64,000 nucleotides of DNA from the NCBI RefSeq assembly GCF_009914755.1, contig NC_060940.1; one strand, given 5' to 3'. Position 1 is the first letter of the stretch. Every line of letters begins with the position of its first letter. The DNA comes from the human T2T-CHM13v2.0 reference genome, Homo sapiens. Of this stretch, positions 1-14,900 are shown piece after piece. The position numbers and the translations under genes were made by a program. The notes beneath the pieces are model-generated. The model had not been told where the DNA came from. It saw only the letters and a list, made by a program, of their open reading frames with translations, and did not search any database.

Positions 1-2930
1 TTGATGATTCGATTCCATTCAATCATGATTCCATTTGAGTTCATTCGATGATTCTATTCGATTCCGTTCAATGGTGATTCAATTCTATTATATTGGATGA
101 TTCCATTCGATTCCATTTGATGATGATTCCATTCGATTCCATTCGATGATGATTCCATTTGATTCCATTTGATGTTGATTCTATTCGATTCTATTCAATG
201 ATGATTCCATTCGATTTCATTTGATGATTCTATTTGATTCCTTTCGATGATTCTATTCCATTCCATTCGATGATGATTCAATTCTCTTCCATTGGATGAT
301 TCCATTTTATTCCATTCGACGATGACTCCATTTGATTCCATTCAATGATGATTCCATTCGATTCCATTCGGTGATTCCATTTGATTCCATTCGACGGTGA
401 GCAATTTGATTCAATTCCATAATGATTCTATTTGATTCAATTAGATGATGTTTCCATTCGAATCCATTCGATGATGATTCCATTGGTATCCATTCGACGA
501 TGATTCCATATGAGTCAATTCGATGATGATTCCATACGAGTCCGTTGGATGATAATTCCATTTGATTTCATTCAATCCTTCTATTCGATTCCATTTGATG
601 ATGATTCCATCTGAATCCATTCTCCGATTCCATTCGATTTCATTCGATGCTTCTATTTGATTTCATTCGAAGATGATTCCTTTCAATTCCATTCATTAAT
701 TCCATTTGATTCCATTCGATGATGATTCCATCCGATTCCATTGGATGATGATTCCATTCGAGTCCATTCGATGATTCCGTTCTAATCCATTCTATGATTC
801 CATTCGAGTCCATTCGATGATTCCATTCGATTCCATTCAGTGATGATTCCATTTGATTCCATCTGATGATGATTTCATTTGATTCCATTCGATGATGATT
901 CCATTGGAGTCCATTGAATGATTCAATTCAATTCCATTCCATGTGGATTCCATTCGAATTCATTCGATTATTCCATTCAAATCCCTTCGTTGATTCCATC
1001 TGATTCCACTTGACGATGATTCCATTCAAGTCCAATCGATGATTCCATTCGGTTCCATTCAATGATTCCATTCGAGTCCATTTATGTATTATATTCGTGT
1101 CCACTTGATGATTCCATTCAATTCCATTTAATGATGATTCCATTTGATTCCATTTGATGATTCAGTTCGATTCCTTACAATGATTCCCTACGATTCCTTT
1201 CTATGATGATTCCATTCGATTCCATTCATTGATGATTCCATTCGACTCCATTCGATGATGATTCCTTTCGATTCCATTTGACGATGTTTCCATTTGAGTC
1301 CATTCGATGATGATTCAATTCAGTTCTGTTCTATTATGAATCCATTCGATTTCATTCAATGCTTCTATTTGATTCCATTCGACGATGATTCCATCTCTTT
1401 CCCTTCGATGATTCCATTTGATTCCATTCAGTGATGATTCCATTTGATTCCATCTGATGATGATTTCACTTGATTCATTTCAATGATGATTCCATTCAGG
1501 TCCATTCGATGATTCCATTGGAGTCCAAACGATCATACCATTCGATTCCATTCAATGATGATTCCATTCATGTCCATTCAATGAATCCTTTCAATTCCAT
1601 TCGATGATGACTCCATTCGAGTACATTCGATGATTCCAGTTGATTCCATTTGATGATGATTACATTCAATTCCATTCGAAGATGATTCCATTCAATTCCA
1701 CTTGATGATGATTCCGTATGAATCCATTCGCTGATTATTCCATTCGATTCCATTCATTGACGATTCCATTCGATTCCATTCAATGATGATTCTCTTCTAT
1801 TCCATTCGATGATTCCGGTCGATTCCATTCGATGATGATTCCATTAGATTCCATTCGATTGTTGCATTCGATTCCCTTCGATGATGATTCCTTTGAATTC
1901 CATTCGATTATGATTCCGTATGAATCCATTTGATGATTATTCCATTGGATTCCTTTCGATGATGATTCCATTCGATTCCATTTGATGATGTTTCTCATGT
2001 ATTCCATTTGATAATTCCTTTCAATTCCCTTCGATGATGATTCTTTCGAGTCAATTCGATGACTCTATTCCATTCCCTTCGATGATGATTCCATTTCACT
2101 CCATTCGATGATTCCATTCGATTCAATTTGGTGATGATTCAATTCGATGACATTCGATGACTCCATTCAATTTCATTTGATGATGATTACATTCGAGTCC
2201 ATTTGATGATTGTATTCCTTTCCTTTTGATGATTATTCCATTCGTGTCTATTCAAAGGTTCCATTCTATTCCATTCAATGATGATTCCAATTGATTCCAT
2301 TCAATGATTATGGCTATCGATTCCACTCGTTGATTCCATTTGATTCCACTCGATGATTATTCCGTTAGATTCCATTAGGAGATTCCATTCGATTTTATTC
2401 AATGATTCCAATTGATTCCATTCAATGATGATTCCATTCGACTGCATTCAGTGATTCCATTTGAGTCCATTTGATGATTCCATTCGAGTCCATTTGATGA
2501 TTCCATTCTTTTCCATTTGATGATGATTCCATTAGGGTCCATTCAATGATTCCATTCGAGTCCATTCGTTAATGCCTTTCGAGTCCTTTTGATCACTACA
2601 TTCGAGTCCATTCAATGATTCTATTCGATTCCATTCCATGATGATTCCATTCGAGTTCATTCGATGATTGCATTCGAGTCCATTTGATGATTCCATATGA
2701 TTCCATTCGACAATGATTCCATTCGTGTCCATTTGATGATTCCATTCATTTCCTATCGATGAAGATTCCATTCGAATGTATTCGATGATTCCATTCAAAT
2801 CCATTCGATGATGATTCCATTCCAGTCCATTCGATCATTCCACTTGATTCCATTTGATGACTATTCCATTCAAATCCATTTGATGATTCCATTCGATTCC
2901 ATTCGATGTTACCATTCGAGTATATACGAT
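1..2930 (+). repeat. Divergent HSat2 segment not in register with the downstream HOR
   Basis: Landmarks such as ccatttatgtattatattcgtg (~1078) and cagttctgttctattatg (~1321) do not recur at +6.06 kb. HOR register resumes at gatgattccactcgattccatttgatgattattccattggagtccacttagtg (~2928). Confidence 0.75.
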
Positions 2931-5900
2931 GATTCCACTCGATTCCATTTGATGATTATTCCATTGGAGTCCACTTAGTGAATCCTTTAGATTCTACTCG
3001 AAGATGATTCCATTCGAGTCCATTCGATGATACCATTCAATTCCATTCGTTGATGCTTCCATTCAAGTGCATTCGATGATATCATTCGATTCCATCTGAT
3101 GATAATTCCATTTGATTCCATGTGATGATTCTATTCCATTCCATTCAATGATAATTCCATTCAATTCAGTGATTCCTCTGGACTCCATTTGATGATGATT
3201 CCATTCAATGATTCCATTCGATTCTATTCGAAAATGATTCCATTTGAATCCATTTGATGATGATTCCATTCGATTCCATTTGATGATTCCATTCGATTCC
3301 ATTCGACGATGATTCCATTCGATTCCATTTGATGATTCCATTCTATTCTATTCGATGATGATTCCATTCGATTCCATTCGATGATGATTGGATTCGATTC
3401 CATTTGATGATTTCATTTGATTCCATTCGATGATGATTTCGATCAATTCCATTCGATGATTCCATTCGATTCCATTCGATAATGATTACATCCGAGTCCA
3501 TTCGATGATTCCATTTGAGCCCGTTCGATAATTCCATTTGAGTCCAATCAATGATTCCATTCATTTCCATTCAGTGATTCCATTCGAGTCCATTTGATCA
3601 TTCCGGTAGGGTCCGTTCAATGTTGATTCCATTGGAGTGCATTCGATGATTCCTTTCGAGTCCATTTTAGGATTTGATTCGAGTCCTTTCGATGATTCCA
3701 TTCGATTCCACTCGATGCGATGATGATTTCATTCGAGTCCATTCGACACTTCCAATCGATTCCATTTGATGTTTCCGTTCGAGTCCAATTGATGATTCCA
3801 TTCAATTGCATTCGATGATGATTCCGTACGATTCCATTCTGTGATGATTCCATGTGATTGCATTCAATGATGATTCCTTTCGATTGCATTCGATTATGAT
3901 TCATTTCGTGTTCATTCTATGGTTCCACAGGTTTCCATTCGTGTCCATTCCATTATTCCATTCTATTCCATTTGATGATGATTCCATTCGATTCCATTCA
4001 TTGGTGATTCCACTCAATTCCATTCAATGATTCCATTCCATTTCTTTCAACAATGATTCCATTAGTTTCTAATCGATGATCCACTTGATTCCATTTGACG
4101 ACGATTCCATTCTTGTCCATTCGATGATTCCATTTGATTCCATATGATGATGATCCCATTCGATTCCATACGATGATGATTCCACTCGAGTCCATTCAAT
4201 GGTGATTCCATTCAATTCCATTCGATGATTCCTTTCGATTCCATTTGATGATGATGGCATTCGATTCCTTTCAATCATTCCCTTTGATTCCACTCAAAGG
4301 TGATTTCATTCAAGTCCATTCGATAATTGCATTCGATTCCATTCTATGATGATTCCATTGGAGTCCATTTGATGATTCCATTCAATTCAAGTCAATGATG
4401 ATTCCATTCGATTCCATTCTATGATTCCATTGGATTCCATTCGATGATGATTCCATTCAAATCCAATCGATAATTCAATTCACGTCCATTCGATGATGAT
4501 TCCAATCGAATCCATTCAAAGATTCCATTCAATTCCATTCGATGATTCCCTTAGATTCCATTCGATGATTCCACTTGATTCCATTTACGATGATTCCATT
4601 CGATTCCATGTGATGATTCCATTCAATTCTATTCAATGATGTTTCCATTTGATTCCATTCGACCATGATTGCCTTTGATTCCATTCAATGATTCCATTCG
4701 GTTCCGTTTGATGATGATTCCGTTCGATTCCATTTGATGATTCCATTTGATTCCATTGGATGAGTCCATTCGATTACATTCGATGATTATTCCATTCGAG
4801 TGCATTAGATGATTCCATTCGAGTCCATTCGATGATTCCATTCGAGTCCATTCGATGATTCCATTCGATTCCATTCGATGTTGATTCTGTTCAAATCCAT
4901 TCGATGATTCCACTCGATTCCATTCGATGACTCCATTTGATCTCATTCGATGATTTCCTTTGATTCCCTTTGATGATCATTCCATTTGATTCAATTCGGT
5001 GATTTCATTTGATTCCATTCAGTGATGTTTCCATTCGACTCCATTCGATGATGATTCCATTCGACTCCATTCGATTATGATTTCATTAAATTCCATTCGA
5101 TAATGATTCCCTTCGAGTCCATTCGATGATTCCATTCGATTCCATTCAATGATGATTTGATTCGTGTCCATTCGATGATTCCATTTGATTCCACTTGATG
5201 ATGATTCCATTCGAGTCCATTTGATGATTCCATTCAATTCCATACTCCGATGATTTCTTCTGAGCCCATTCAATGCTTCCACTCGATTCCATATGATGAC
5301 TCCATTCGATGAAATTCGATGATGATTCCATTCGCTTGCTTTCGATGATGATTCCACTTGAGTCCGTTAGAAGATTCTATTCAATTACATTCCATGACGA
5401 TTCCGTTCGAGTCCATTTGATGATTCCATTAGACTCCATTCGACGATGATTCCATTCGATGTTATTCGATGATTCCATTCGATCTCATTCGATGATGATT
5501 CCATTCAACTCCATTCGATGTTTCCATTCGAGTTCATTCTATTATTCCATTACATTCCATTCGATGATGATTCCATTCGATTCCATTTGATGATTGCATT
5601 CTATTTCATTTGATGATGATTCCATTCGAGTCCACTCGATGATTCCATTCGAGTCCATTTAATGAATCCATTGGTTTCAATTCTATGATGATTACATTGG
5701 ATTCCATTCGTTGATGATTTCATTCGGTTCCATTCAATGATGATTCTATTCAATTCCTTTCAATGTTTCCATTCAATTCCATACGATGATGATTCCATTT
5801 GATTTGATTCGACAGTGAGCCATTCGATTCAATACCATGATGATTCTATTTTATTCAATTGGTTGACATTTCCATTCGATTCCATTCGATAATGATTCCC

Positions 5901-8900
5901 TTTGATTCCATTCAAAGATGATTCCATTCTAGCCCATTCAATCATTCCATTCGATTCTATTCAATGATGATTCCATTCATGTCGATTTGGTGATTCCATT
6001 TGACTTCATTTGATGGTGATTCCTTTCAAGTTCATTAGATGATTCCATTCGATTCCATTTGATGATGATCACATTCGAGTCCATTCAGTGATTCCATTCG
6101 TTTCCATTCCATGATGATTCCATTCCATTCCATGCAATGATTCCATTCGATTCCGTTTGATGATGATTTCATTCGAGTCCATTTGATGATTCCATTTGAT
6201 TCCATTCGATGATGATTCCATTCGAGTCCATTCGATGATTCTATTCGAATCCATTTGATGATTTCTTTTGATTATAGTTGGTGATGATTCCATTGGAGTC
6301 CATTCAATGCTTCCATTCGATTCCAATCGATGGTGATTCCATTAGAGTCCATTTAATGATTCCATTTGATTCCAGTCTCTGATGATTACATTCGAGGCCA
6401 TACGATGATTCCACTCAATTCCATATGAGGATGATTCCATTCGATTCCATTCGATGATTCCATTCTATTCTATTCAATGGTGATTCCATTCGAGTACATT
6501 AGATGATTCCATTCGATTCCATTCAATGATGATTCTATTTGTGTCCCTTAGATGATTCCACATGATTCCATTAGATGATGATACTATTTGAGCCCATCCA
6601 ATGATTCCCTTCGATTCCATTCGATGAGGATTCCATTCGATTCAATTCATTGGTGATTCTATTCAATTCAATTCTTTGATTCCATTCCATTCCATTCGAC
6701 AATGATTCCATTCGATTTCTTTCGATGATTCCACTCGATTCCACTTGACATTGATTCCATTCGATTCCATTCAATGATTCCATTTGATTCCAGTGGATGA
6801 TGATTGCCATCGATTCCATTCGATCACTCCATTCTATTCCATTTGATGATGATTACATTCGATTCCATTTGATGATTCCATCTGATTCTATTCGAGGATT
6901 CCATTTGATTCCATTCGCTGATGATTCCATTCGAGTCCATTCGATGATTTCATTCGAGTACATCCAATGATTCCATTCGAGTCCATTTGATGATTCCATT
7001 TGATTCCATTTGATTATGATTCTACTAGAGTCCATTCAATGACTCCATTCGAGTCCATTCAACAATTCCATTCGACTCCATTCGATGATTCCATTCGATT
7101 CCATTTGATGATTCCATTCGAGTCCATTTAATCATTACAGTCGAGTCCATTTGGTGATTCCGCTGGATTTCCTTTGATAATGACACCATTCAATTACATT
7201 TGATGATGATCCCATTCAATTTCATTTGATGATGACTCCATTAGAGTCCATTCGATGATTTTATTCGAGTCCCTTCATTGATTCCATCCGATTTCATTGG
7301 ATGATGACTCCATTCGAGTCCATTCGATGATTCCACTCGATTCCATTAGATGATTCCATTGGAGTCCATTTGATTGTCCCATTTGATTCCATTCGATTCC
7401 TTTCGAAGATTATTCCATTTGAGTCCATTCGATGATGATTCCATTCCATTCCATTCGATGATTCCGTTTGATTCCATTCGATGATTCCCTTCGATTCCTA
7501 TCTTTGATGATTCCATTCCATTCCATTCAATGATTCCATTCGAATCTATTCCATGATGATTCCTTTCGATTCCATTCGCTGATGTTTCCGTTCAATTCCA
7601 TTCGATGATGATTCCATTCGATTCCATTCATTGAGGATTCCATTTGATTCCATTCAATGATGATTCCATTCTATTCCATTCAAAGATTGCATTCAATTCC
7701 ATTCAATGGTTATCCCATTAGAGTAAACTCAACGATTCCATTCAATACCATTCGATGATGATTCCTTTTGAGTCCATTCAATGATTTCATTCAAGTCCAT
7801 TTGATGATTCCTTTCAATTCCATTCTATGATGATTCCATTCGAGTCCATTCGATGATTCCATTCGATTGCATTCGATGATTCCATTATATTCCATTCAAT
7901 GATGATTCCATTCCAGTCCATTCGATGATTCCATTAGAGTACATTTAATGATTGCTTTGTTTTCAATTCGAAGATGATTACATTCGATTCCATTCTATGA
8001 TACCATTCGATTCCATTCAATGATGACTCCACTCAAATCCATTGGATGATTCCATTCGTGTCCATTCGGTGATTTCATTAGATTCCATTCGAGGATGACT
8101 CCATTCGATTCCATTCGATGATTCCATTCAATTCCATTCGATGATGATTCCATTCGAGTCCATATGATCATTCCATTTGATTTCATTCGATGATGATTCC
8201 ATTCGATTCGATTCGACGATTCCATTCTATTCCATTCGATGATGATTCCATTCGAGTCCATTCGATCATTCCATTCGAGTCCATTTAATGATTCCATTGG
8301 GTTCAATTCAATGATGATTACATTGGATTCCGTTCTATGATTCCATTCAATTCCGTTCATTGACAATTTGATTCCATTCGATGATGATTCCATTTGAGTT
8401 CATTCGATGATTCTATTCGATTCTCTTCGATGGTGATTCAATTCTATTATATTGGATGATTCCATTCGATTCCATTTGATGTTGATTCAATTCGATTCTA
8501 TTCGATGATGATTCCATTGGATTTCACTTGATGATTCTATTCGATTCCATTCAATGATGATTCACTTCTCGTCCATTGGATGATTCCATTTCATTCCATT
8601 CGATGATGATTCCATTCGATTCCATTCGATGATTCCATTTGATTCCATTCGACGGTGAGCAATTCGATTCAATTCCATGATGATTCTATTTGATTCAATT
8701 AGATGATGTTTCCATTCGAATCCATTCCATGATTATTCCATTGGAATCCATTCGGCGATGATTCCATATGAGTCAATTCAATGATGATTCCATATGGGTC
8801 CGTTCGGTGATAATTCCATTTGATTTCATTCGATGCTTCTATTCAATTCCAGTCGATGATGATTCCGTTGGAGTCCATACGATGATTCCATTTGATTTCA

Positions 8901-11900
8901 TTTCATGATGATTCCATTCGATGACAATTACATTGGATTCCATTCTATGATTCCATTCAATTCCATTCGTTGATGATTCGATTCCATTCAATGATGATTC
9001 CATTTGAGTTCATTCGATGATTCTATTCGATTACATTCTATGGTGATTCAATTCTCTTACATTGGATGATTCGACTCGATTCCATTTGATGATTATTCCA
9101 TTGGAGTCCACTTAGTGAATCATTTAGATTCTACTCGAAGATGATTCCATTCGAGTCCATTCGATGATACCATTCAATTCCATTCGTTGATGCTTCCATT
9201 CAAGTGCATTCGATGATATCATTCGATTCCATTTGATGATAATTCCATTTGATTCCATGCGATGATTCTATTCGATTCCATTCAATGATAATTCCATTCA
9301 ATTCAGTGATTCCTCTGGACTCCATTTGATGATGATTCCATTCAATGATTCCATTTGATTCTATTCGAAAATGATTCCATTTGAATCCATTTGATGACGA
9401 TTCCATTCCATTCCATTTGATGATTCCATTCTATTCTATTCGATGATGATTCCATTCGATTCCATTCGATGATGATTGGATTCGATTCCATTTGATGATT
9501 TCATTTGATTCCATTCGTTAATGATTTCGATCAATTCCATTCGATGATTCCATTCGATTCCATTCGATAATGATTACATCCGAGTCCATTCGATGATTCC
9601 CTTTGAGCCTGTTCGATAATTCCATTTGAGTCCAACCAATGATTCCATTCATTTCCATTCAATGATTCCATTCGAGTCCATTTGATCATTCCGGTAGGGT
9701 CCATTCGATGTTGATTCCATTGGAGTGCATTCGATGATTCCATTCGAGTCCATTTTAGGATTTGATTCGAGTCCTTTCAATGATTCCATTCGATTCCACT
9801 CGATGATGATTTCATTCGAGTCCATTCGACACTTCCAATCGATTCCATTTGATGATTCCATTCGAGTCCAATTGATGATTCCATTCAATTCCATTCGATG
9901 ATGATTCCGTACGATTCCATTCTGTGATGATTCCATGTGATTGCATTCAATGATGATTCCTTTCGATTGCATTCGATTATGATTCATTTCGTGTTCATTC
10001 TATGGTTCCACAGGTTTCCATTCGTGTCCATTCCATTATTCCATTCTATTCCATTTCATGATGATTCCATTCGATTCCATTCATTGGTGATTCCACTCAA
10101 TTCCATTCAATGATTCCATTCCATTTCTTTCAACAATGATTCCATTAGTTTCTAATCGATGATCCACTTGATTCCATTTGACGACGATTCCATTCTTGTC
10201 CATTCGATGATTCCATTTGATTCCATATGATGATGATTCCATTCGATTCCATACGATGATGATTCCATTCGAGTCCATTCAATGGTGATTCCACTCAATT
10301 CCATTCGATGTTTCCTTTCGATTCCATTCGATGATGATGGCATTCGATTCCTTTCAATCATTCCCTTTGATTCCATTCAAAGGTGATTTCATTCAAGTCC
10401 ATTCGATAATTGCATTCGATTCCATTCTATGATGATTCCATTCGAGTCCATTTGATGATTCCATTCAATTCAAGTCAATGATGATTCCATTCGATTCCAT
10501 TCGATGATTCCATTGGATTCCATTCGATGATGATTCCATTCAAATCCATTCGATAATTCAATTCAAGTCCATTCGATGATGATTCCAATCGAATCCATTC
10601 AAAGATTCCATTCAGTTCCATTCGATGATTCCCTTAGATTCCATTCGATGATTCCACTTGATTCCATTTACGATGATTCCATTCGATTCCATGTGATGAT
10701 TCCATTCAATTCTATTCAATGGTGTCTCCATTTGATTCCATTCGACCATGATTGCTTTTGATTCCATTCAATGATTCCATTCGGTTCCGTTTGATGATGA
10801 TTCCGTTCGATTCCATTTGATGATTCCATTTGATTCCATTGGATGAGTCCATTCGATTACATTCGATGATTATTCCATTCGAGTGCATTAGATGATTCCA
10901 TTCGAGTCCATTCGATGATTCCATTCGATTCCATTCGATGTTGATTCTGTTCAAATCCATTCGATGATTCCACTCGATTCCATTCGATGACTCCATTTGA
11001 TCTCATTCGATGATTTCCTTTGATTCCCTTTGATGATCATTCCATTTGATTCAATTCGGTGATTTCATTTGATTCCATTCAGTGATGTTTCCATTCGACT
11101 CCATTCGATGATGATTCCATTCGACTCCATTCGATTATGATTTCATTAAATTCCATTCGATAATGATTCCCTTCGAGTCCATTCGATGATTCCATTCGAT
11201 TCCATTCAATGATGATTTGATTCGTGTCCATTCGATGATTCCATTTGATTCCACTTGATGATGATTCCATTCGAGTCCATTTGATGATTCCATTCAATTC
11301 CATACTCCGATGATTTCTTTTGAGCCCATTCAATGCTTCCACTCGATTCCATATGATGACTCCATTCGATGAAATTCGATGATGATTCCATTCGCTTGCT
11401 TTCGATGATGATTCCACTTGAGTCCGTTAGAAGATTCTATTCAATTACATTCCATGACGATTCCGTTCGAGTCCATTTGATGATTCCATTAGACTCCATT
11501 TCGACGATGATTCCATTCGATGTTATTCGATGATTCCATTCGATCTCATTTGATGATGATTCCATTCAACTCCATTCGATGTTTCCATTCGAGTTCATTC
11601 TATTATTCCATTACATTCCATTCGATGATGATTCCATTCGATTCCATTTGATGATTGCATTCTATTTCATTTGATGATGATTCCATTCGAGTCCACTCGA
11701 TGATTCCATTCGAGTCCATTTAATGAATCCATTGGTTTCAATTCTATGATGATTACATTGGATTCCATTCGTTGATGATTTCATTCGGTTCCATTCAATG
11801 ATGATTCTATTCAATTCCTTTCAATGTTTCCATTCAATTCCATACGATGATGATTCCATTTGATTTGATTCGACAGTGAGCCATTCGATTCAATACCATG

Positions 11901-14900
11901 ATGATTCTATTTTATTCAATTGGTTGACATTTCCATTCGATTCCATTCGATAATGATTCCCTTTGATTCCATTCAAAGATGATTCCATTCTAGCCCATTC
12001 AATCATTCCATTCGATTCTATTCAATGATGATTCCATTCATGTCGATTTGGTGATTCCATTTGACTTCATTTGATGGTGATTCCTTTCAAGTTCATTAGA
12101 TGATTCCATTCGATTCCATTTGATGATGATCCCATTCGAGTCCATTCAGTGATTCCATTCGTTTCCATTCCATGATGATTCCATTCCATTCCATGCAATG
12201 ATTCCATTCGATTCCGTTTGATGATGATTTCATTCGAGTCCATTTGATGATTCCATTTGATTCCATTCGATGATGATTCCATTCGAGTCCATTCGATGAT
12301 TCTATTCGAATCCATTTGATGATTTCTTTTGATTATAGTTGGTGATGATTCCATTGGAGTCCATTCAATGATTCCATTCGATTCCAATCGATGGTGATTC
12401 CATTAGAGTCCATTTAATGATTCCATTTGATTCCAGTCTCTGATGATTACATTCGAGTCCATACGATGATTCCACTCAATTCCATATGAGGATGATTCCA
12501 TTCGATTCCATTCGATGATTCCATTCTATTCTATTCAATGGTGATTCCATTCGAGTACATTAGATGATTCCATTCGATTCCATTCAATGATGATTCTATT
12601 TGTGTCCCTTAGATGATTCCACATGATTCCATTAGATGATGATACTATTTGAGCCCATCCAATGATTCCCTTCGATTCCATTCGATGAGGATTCCATTCG
12701 ATTCAATTCATTGGTGATTCTATTCAATTCAATTCTTTGATTCCATTCCATTCCATTCGACAATGATTCCATTCGATTTCTTTCGATGATTCCACTCGAT
12801 TCCACTTGACATTGATTCCATTCGATTCCATTCAATGATTCCATTTGATTCCAGTGGATGATGATTGCCATCGATTCCATTCGATCACTCCATTCTATTC
12901 CATTTGATGATGATTACATTCGATTCCATTTGATGATTCCATCTGATTCTATTCGAGGATTCCATTTGATTCCATTCGCTGATGATTCCATTCGAGTCCA
13001 TTCGATGATTTCATTCGAGTACATCCAATGATTCCATTCGAGTCCATTTGATGATTCCATTTGATTCCATTTGATTATGATTCTACTAGAGTCCATTCAA
13101 TGACTCCATTCGAGTCCATTCAACAATTCCATTCGACTCCATTCGATGATTCCATTCGATTCCATTTGATGATTCCATTCGAGTCCATTTAATCATTACA
13201 GTCGAGTCCATTTGGTGATTCCGCTGGATTTCCTTTGATAATGACACCATTCAATTACATTTGATGATGATCCCATTCAATTTCATTTGATGATGACTCC
13301 ATTAGAGTCCATTCGATGATTTTATTCGAGTCCCTTCATTGATTCCATCCGATTTCATTGGATGATGACTCCATTCGAGTCCATTCGATGATTCCACTCG
13401 ATTCCATTAGATGATTCCATTGGAGTCCATTTGATTGTCCCATTTGATTCCATTCGATTCCTTTCGAAGATTATTCCATTTGAGTCCATTCGATGATGAT
13501 TCCATTCCATTCCATTCGATGATTCCGTTTGATTCCATTCGATGATTCCCTTCGATTCCTATCTTTGATGATTCCATTCCATTCCATTCAATGATTCCAT
13601 TCGAATCTATTCCATGATGATTCCTTTCGATTCCATTCGCTGATGTTTCCGTTCAATTCCATTCGATGATGATTCCATTCGATTCCATTCATTGAGGATT
13701 CCATTTGATTCCATTCAATGATGATTCCATTCTATTCCATTCAAAGATTGCATTCAATTCCATTCAATGGTTATCCCATTAGAGTAAACTCAACGATTCC
13801 ATTCAATACCATTCGATGATGATTCCTTTTGAGTCCATTCAATGATTTCATTCAAGTCCATTTGATGATTCCTTTCAATTCCATTCTATGATGATTCCAT
13901 TCGAGTCCATTCGATGATTCCATTCGATTGCATTCGATGATTCCATTATATTCCATTCAATGATGATTCCATTCCAGTCCATTCGATGATTCCATTAGAG
14001 TACATTTAATGATTGCTTTGTTTTCAATTCGAAGATGATTACATTCGATTCCATTCTATGATACCATTCGATTCCATTCAATGATGACTCCACTCAAATC
14101 CATTGGATGACTCCATTCGTGTCCATTCGGTGATTTCATTAGATTCCATTCGAGGATGACTCCATTCGATTCCATTCGATGATTCCATTCAATTCCATTC
14201 GATGATGATTCCATTCGAGTCCATATGATCATTCCATTTGATTTCATTCGATGATGATTCCATCCGATTCGATTCGACGATTCCATTCTATTCCATTCGA
14301 TGATGATTCCATTCGAGTCCATTCGATCATTCCATTCGAGTCCATTTAATGATTCCATTGGGTTCAATTCAATGATGATTACATTGGATTCCGTTCTATG
14401 ATTCCATTCAATTCCGTTCATTGACAATTTGATTCCATTCGATGATGATTCCATTTGAGTTCATTCGATGATTCTATTCGATTCTCTTCGATGGTGATTC
14501 AATTCTATTATATTGGATGATTCCATTCGATTCCATTTGATGTTGATTCAATTCGATTCTATTCGATGATGATTCCATTGGATTTCACTTGATGATTCTA
14601 TTCGATTCCATTCAATGATGATTCACTTCTCGTCCATTGGATGATTCCATTTCATTCCATTCGATGATGATTCCATTCGATTCCATTCGATGATTCCATT
14701 TGATTCCATTCGACGGTGAGCAATTCGATTCAATTCCATGATGATTCTATTTGATTCAATTAGATGATGTTTCCATTCGAATCCATTCCATGATTATTCC
14801 ATTGGAATCCATTCGGCGATGATTCCATATGAGTCAATTCAATGATGATTCCATATGGGTCCGTTCGGTGATAATTCCATTTGATTTCATTCGATGCTTC

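Noticed and set aside
3600-3940. Odd-looking GC-richer landmarks (ccggtagggtcc, ggttccacaggtttcc) as possible foreign inserts or promoters
   Set aside because: They fit degenerate monomers of normal spacing, and there is no evidence of a transposon, target-site duplication or regulatory role.
8735-8750. attccattggaatcc, a small palindrome containing GGAAT, in each long unit
   Set aside because: Explained by two substitutions in attccattcgattcc. It stays in register with no insertion, so it is not an inversion, unlike 36462-36481.
11495-11505. Single-base indels (extra t at ~11501; missing bases at ~31964 and ~34001)
   Set aside because: Private to one copy each and indistinguishable from sequencing or consensus error.
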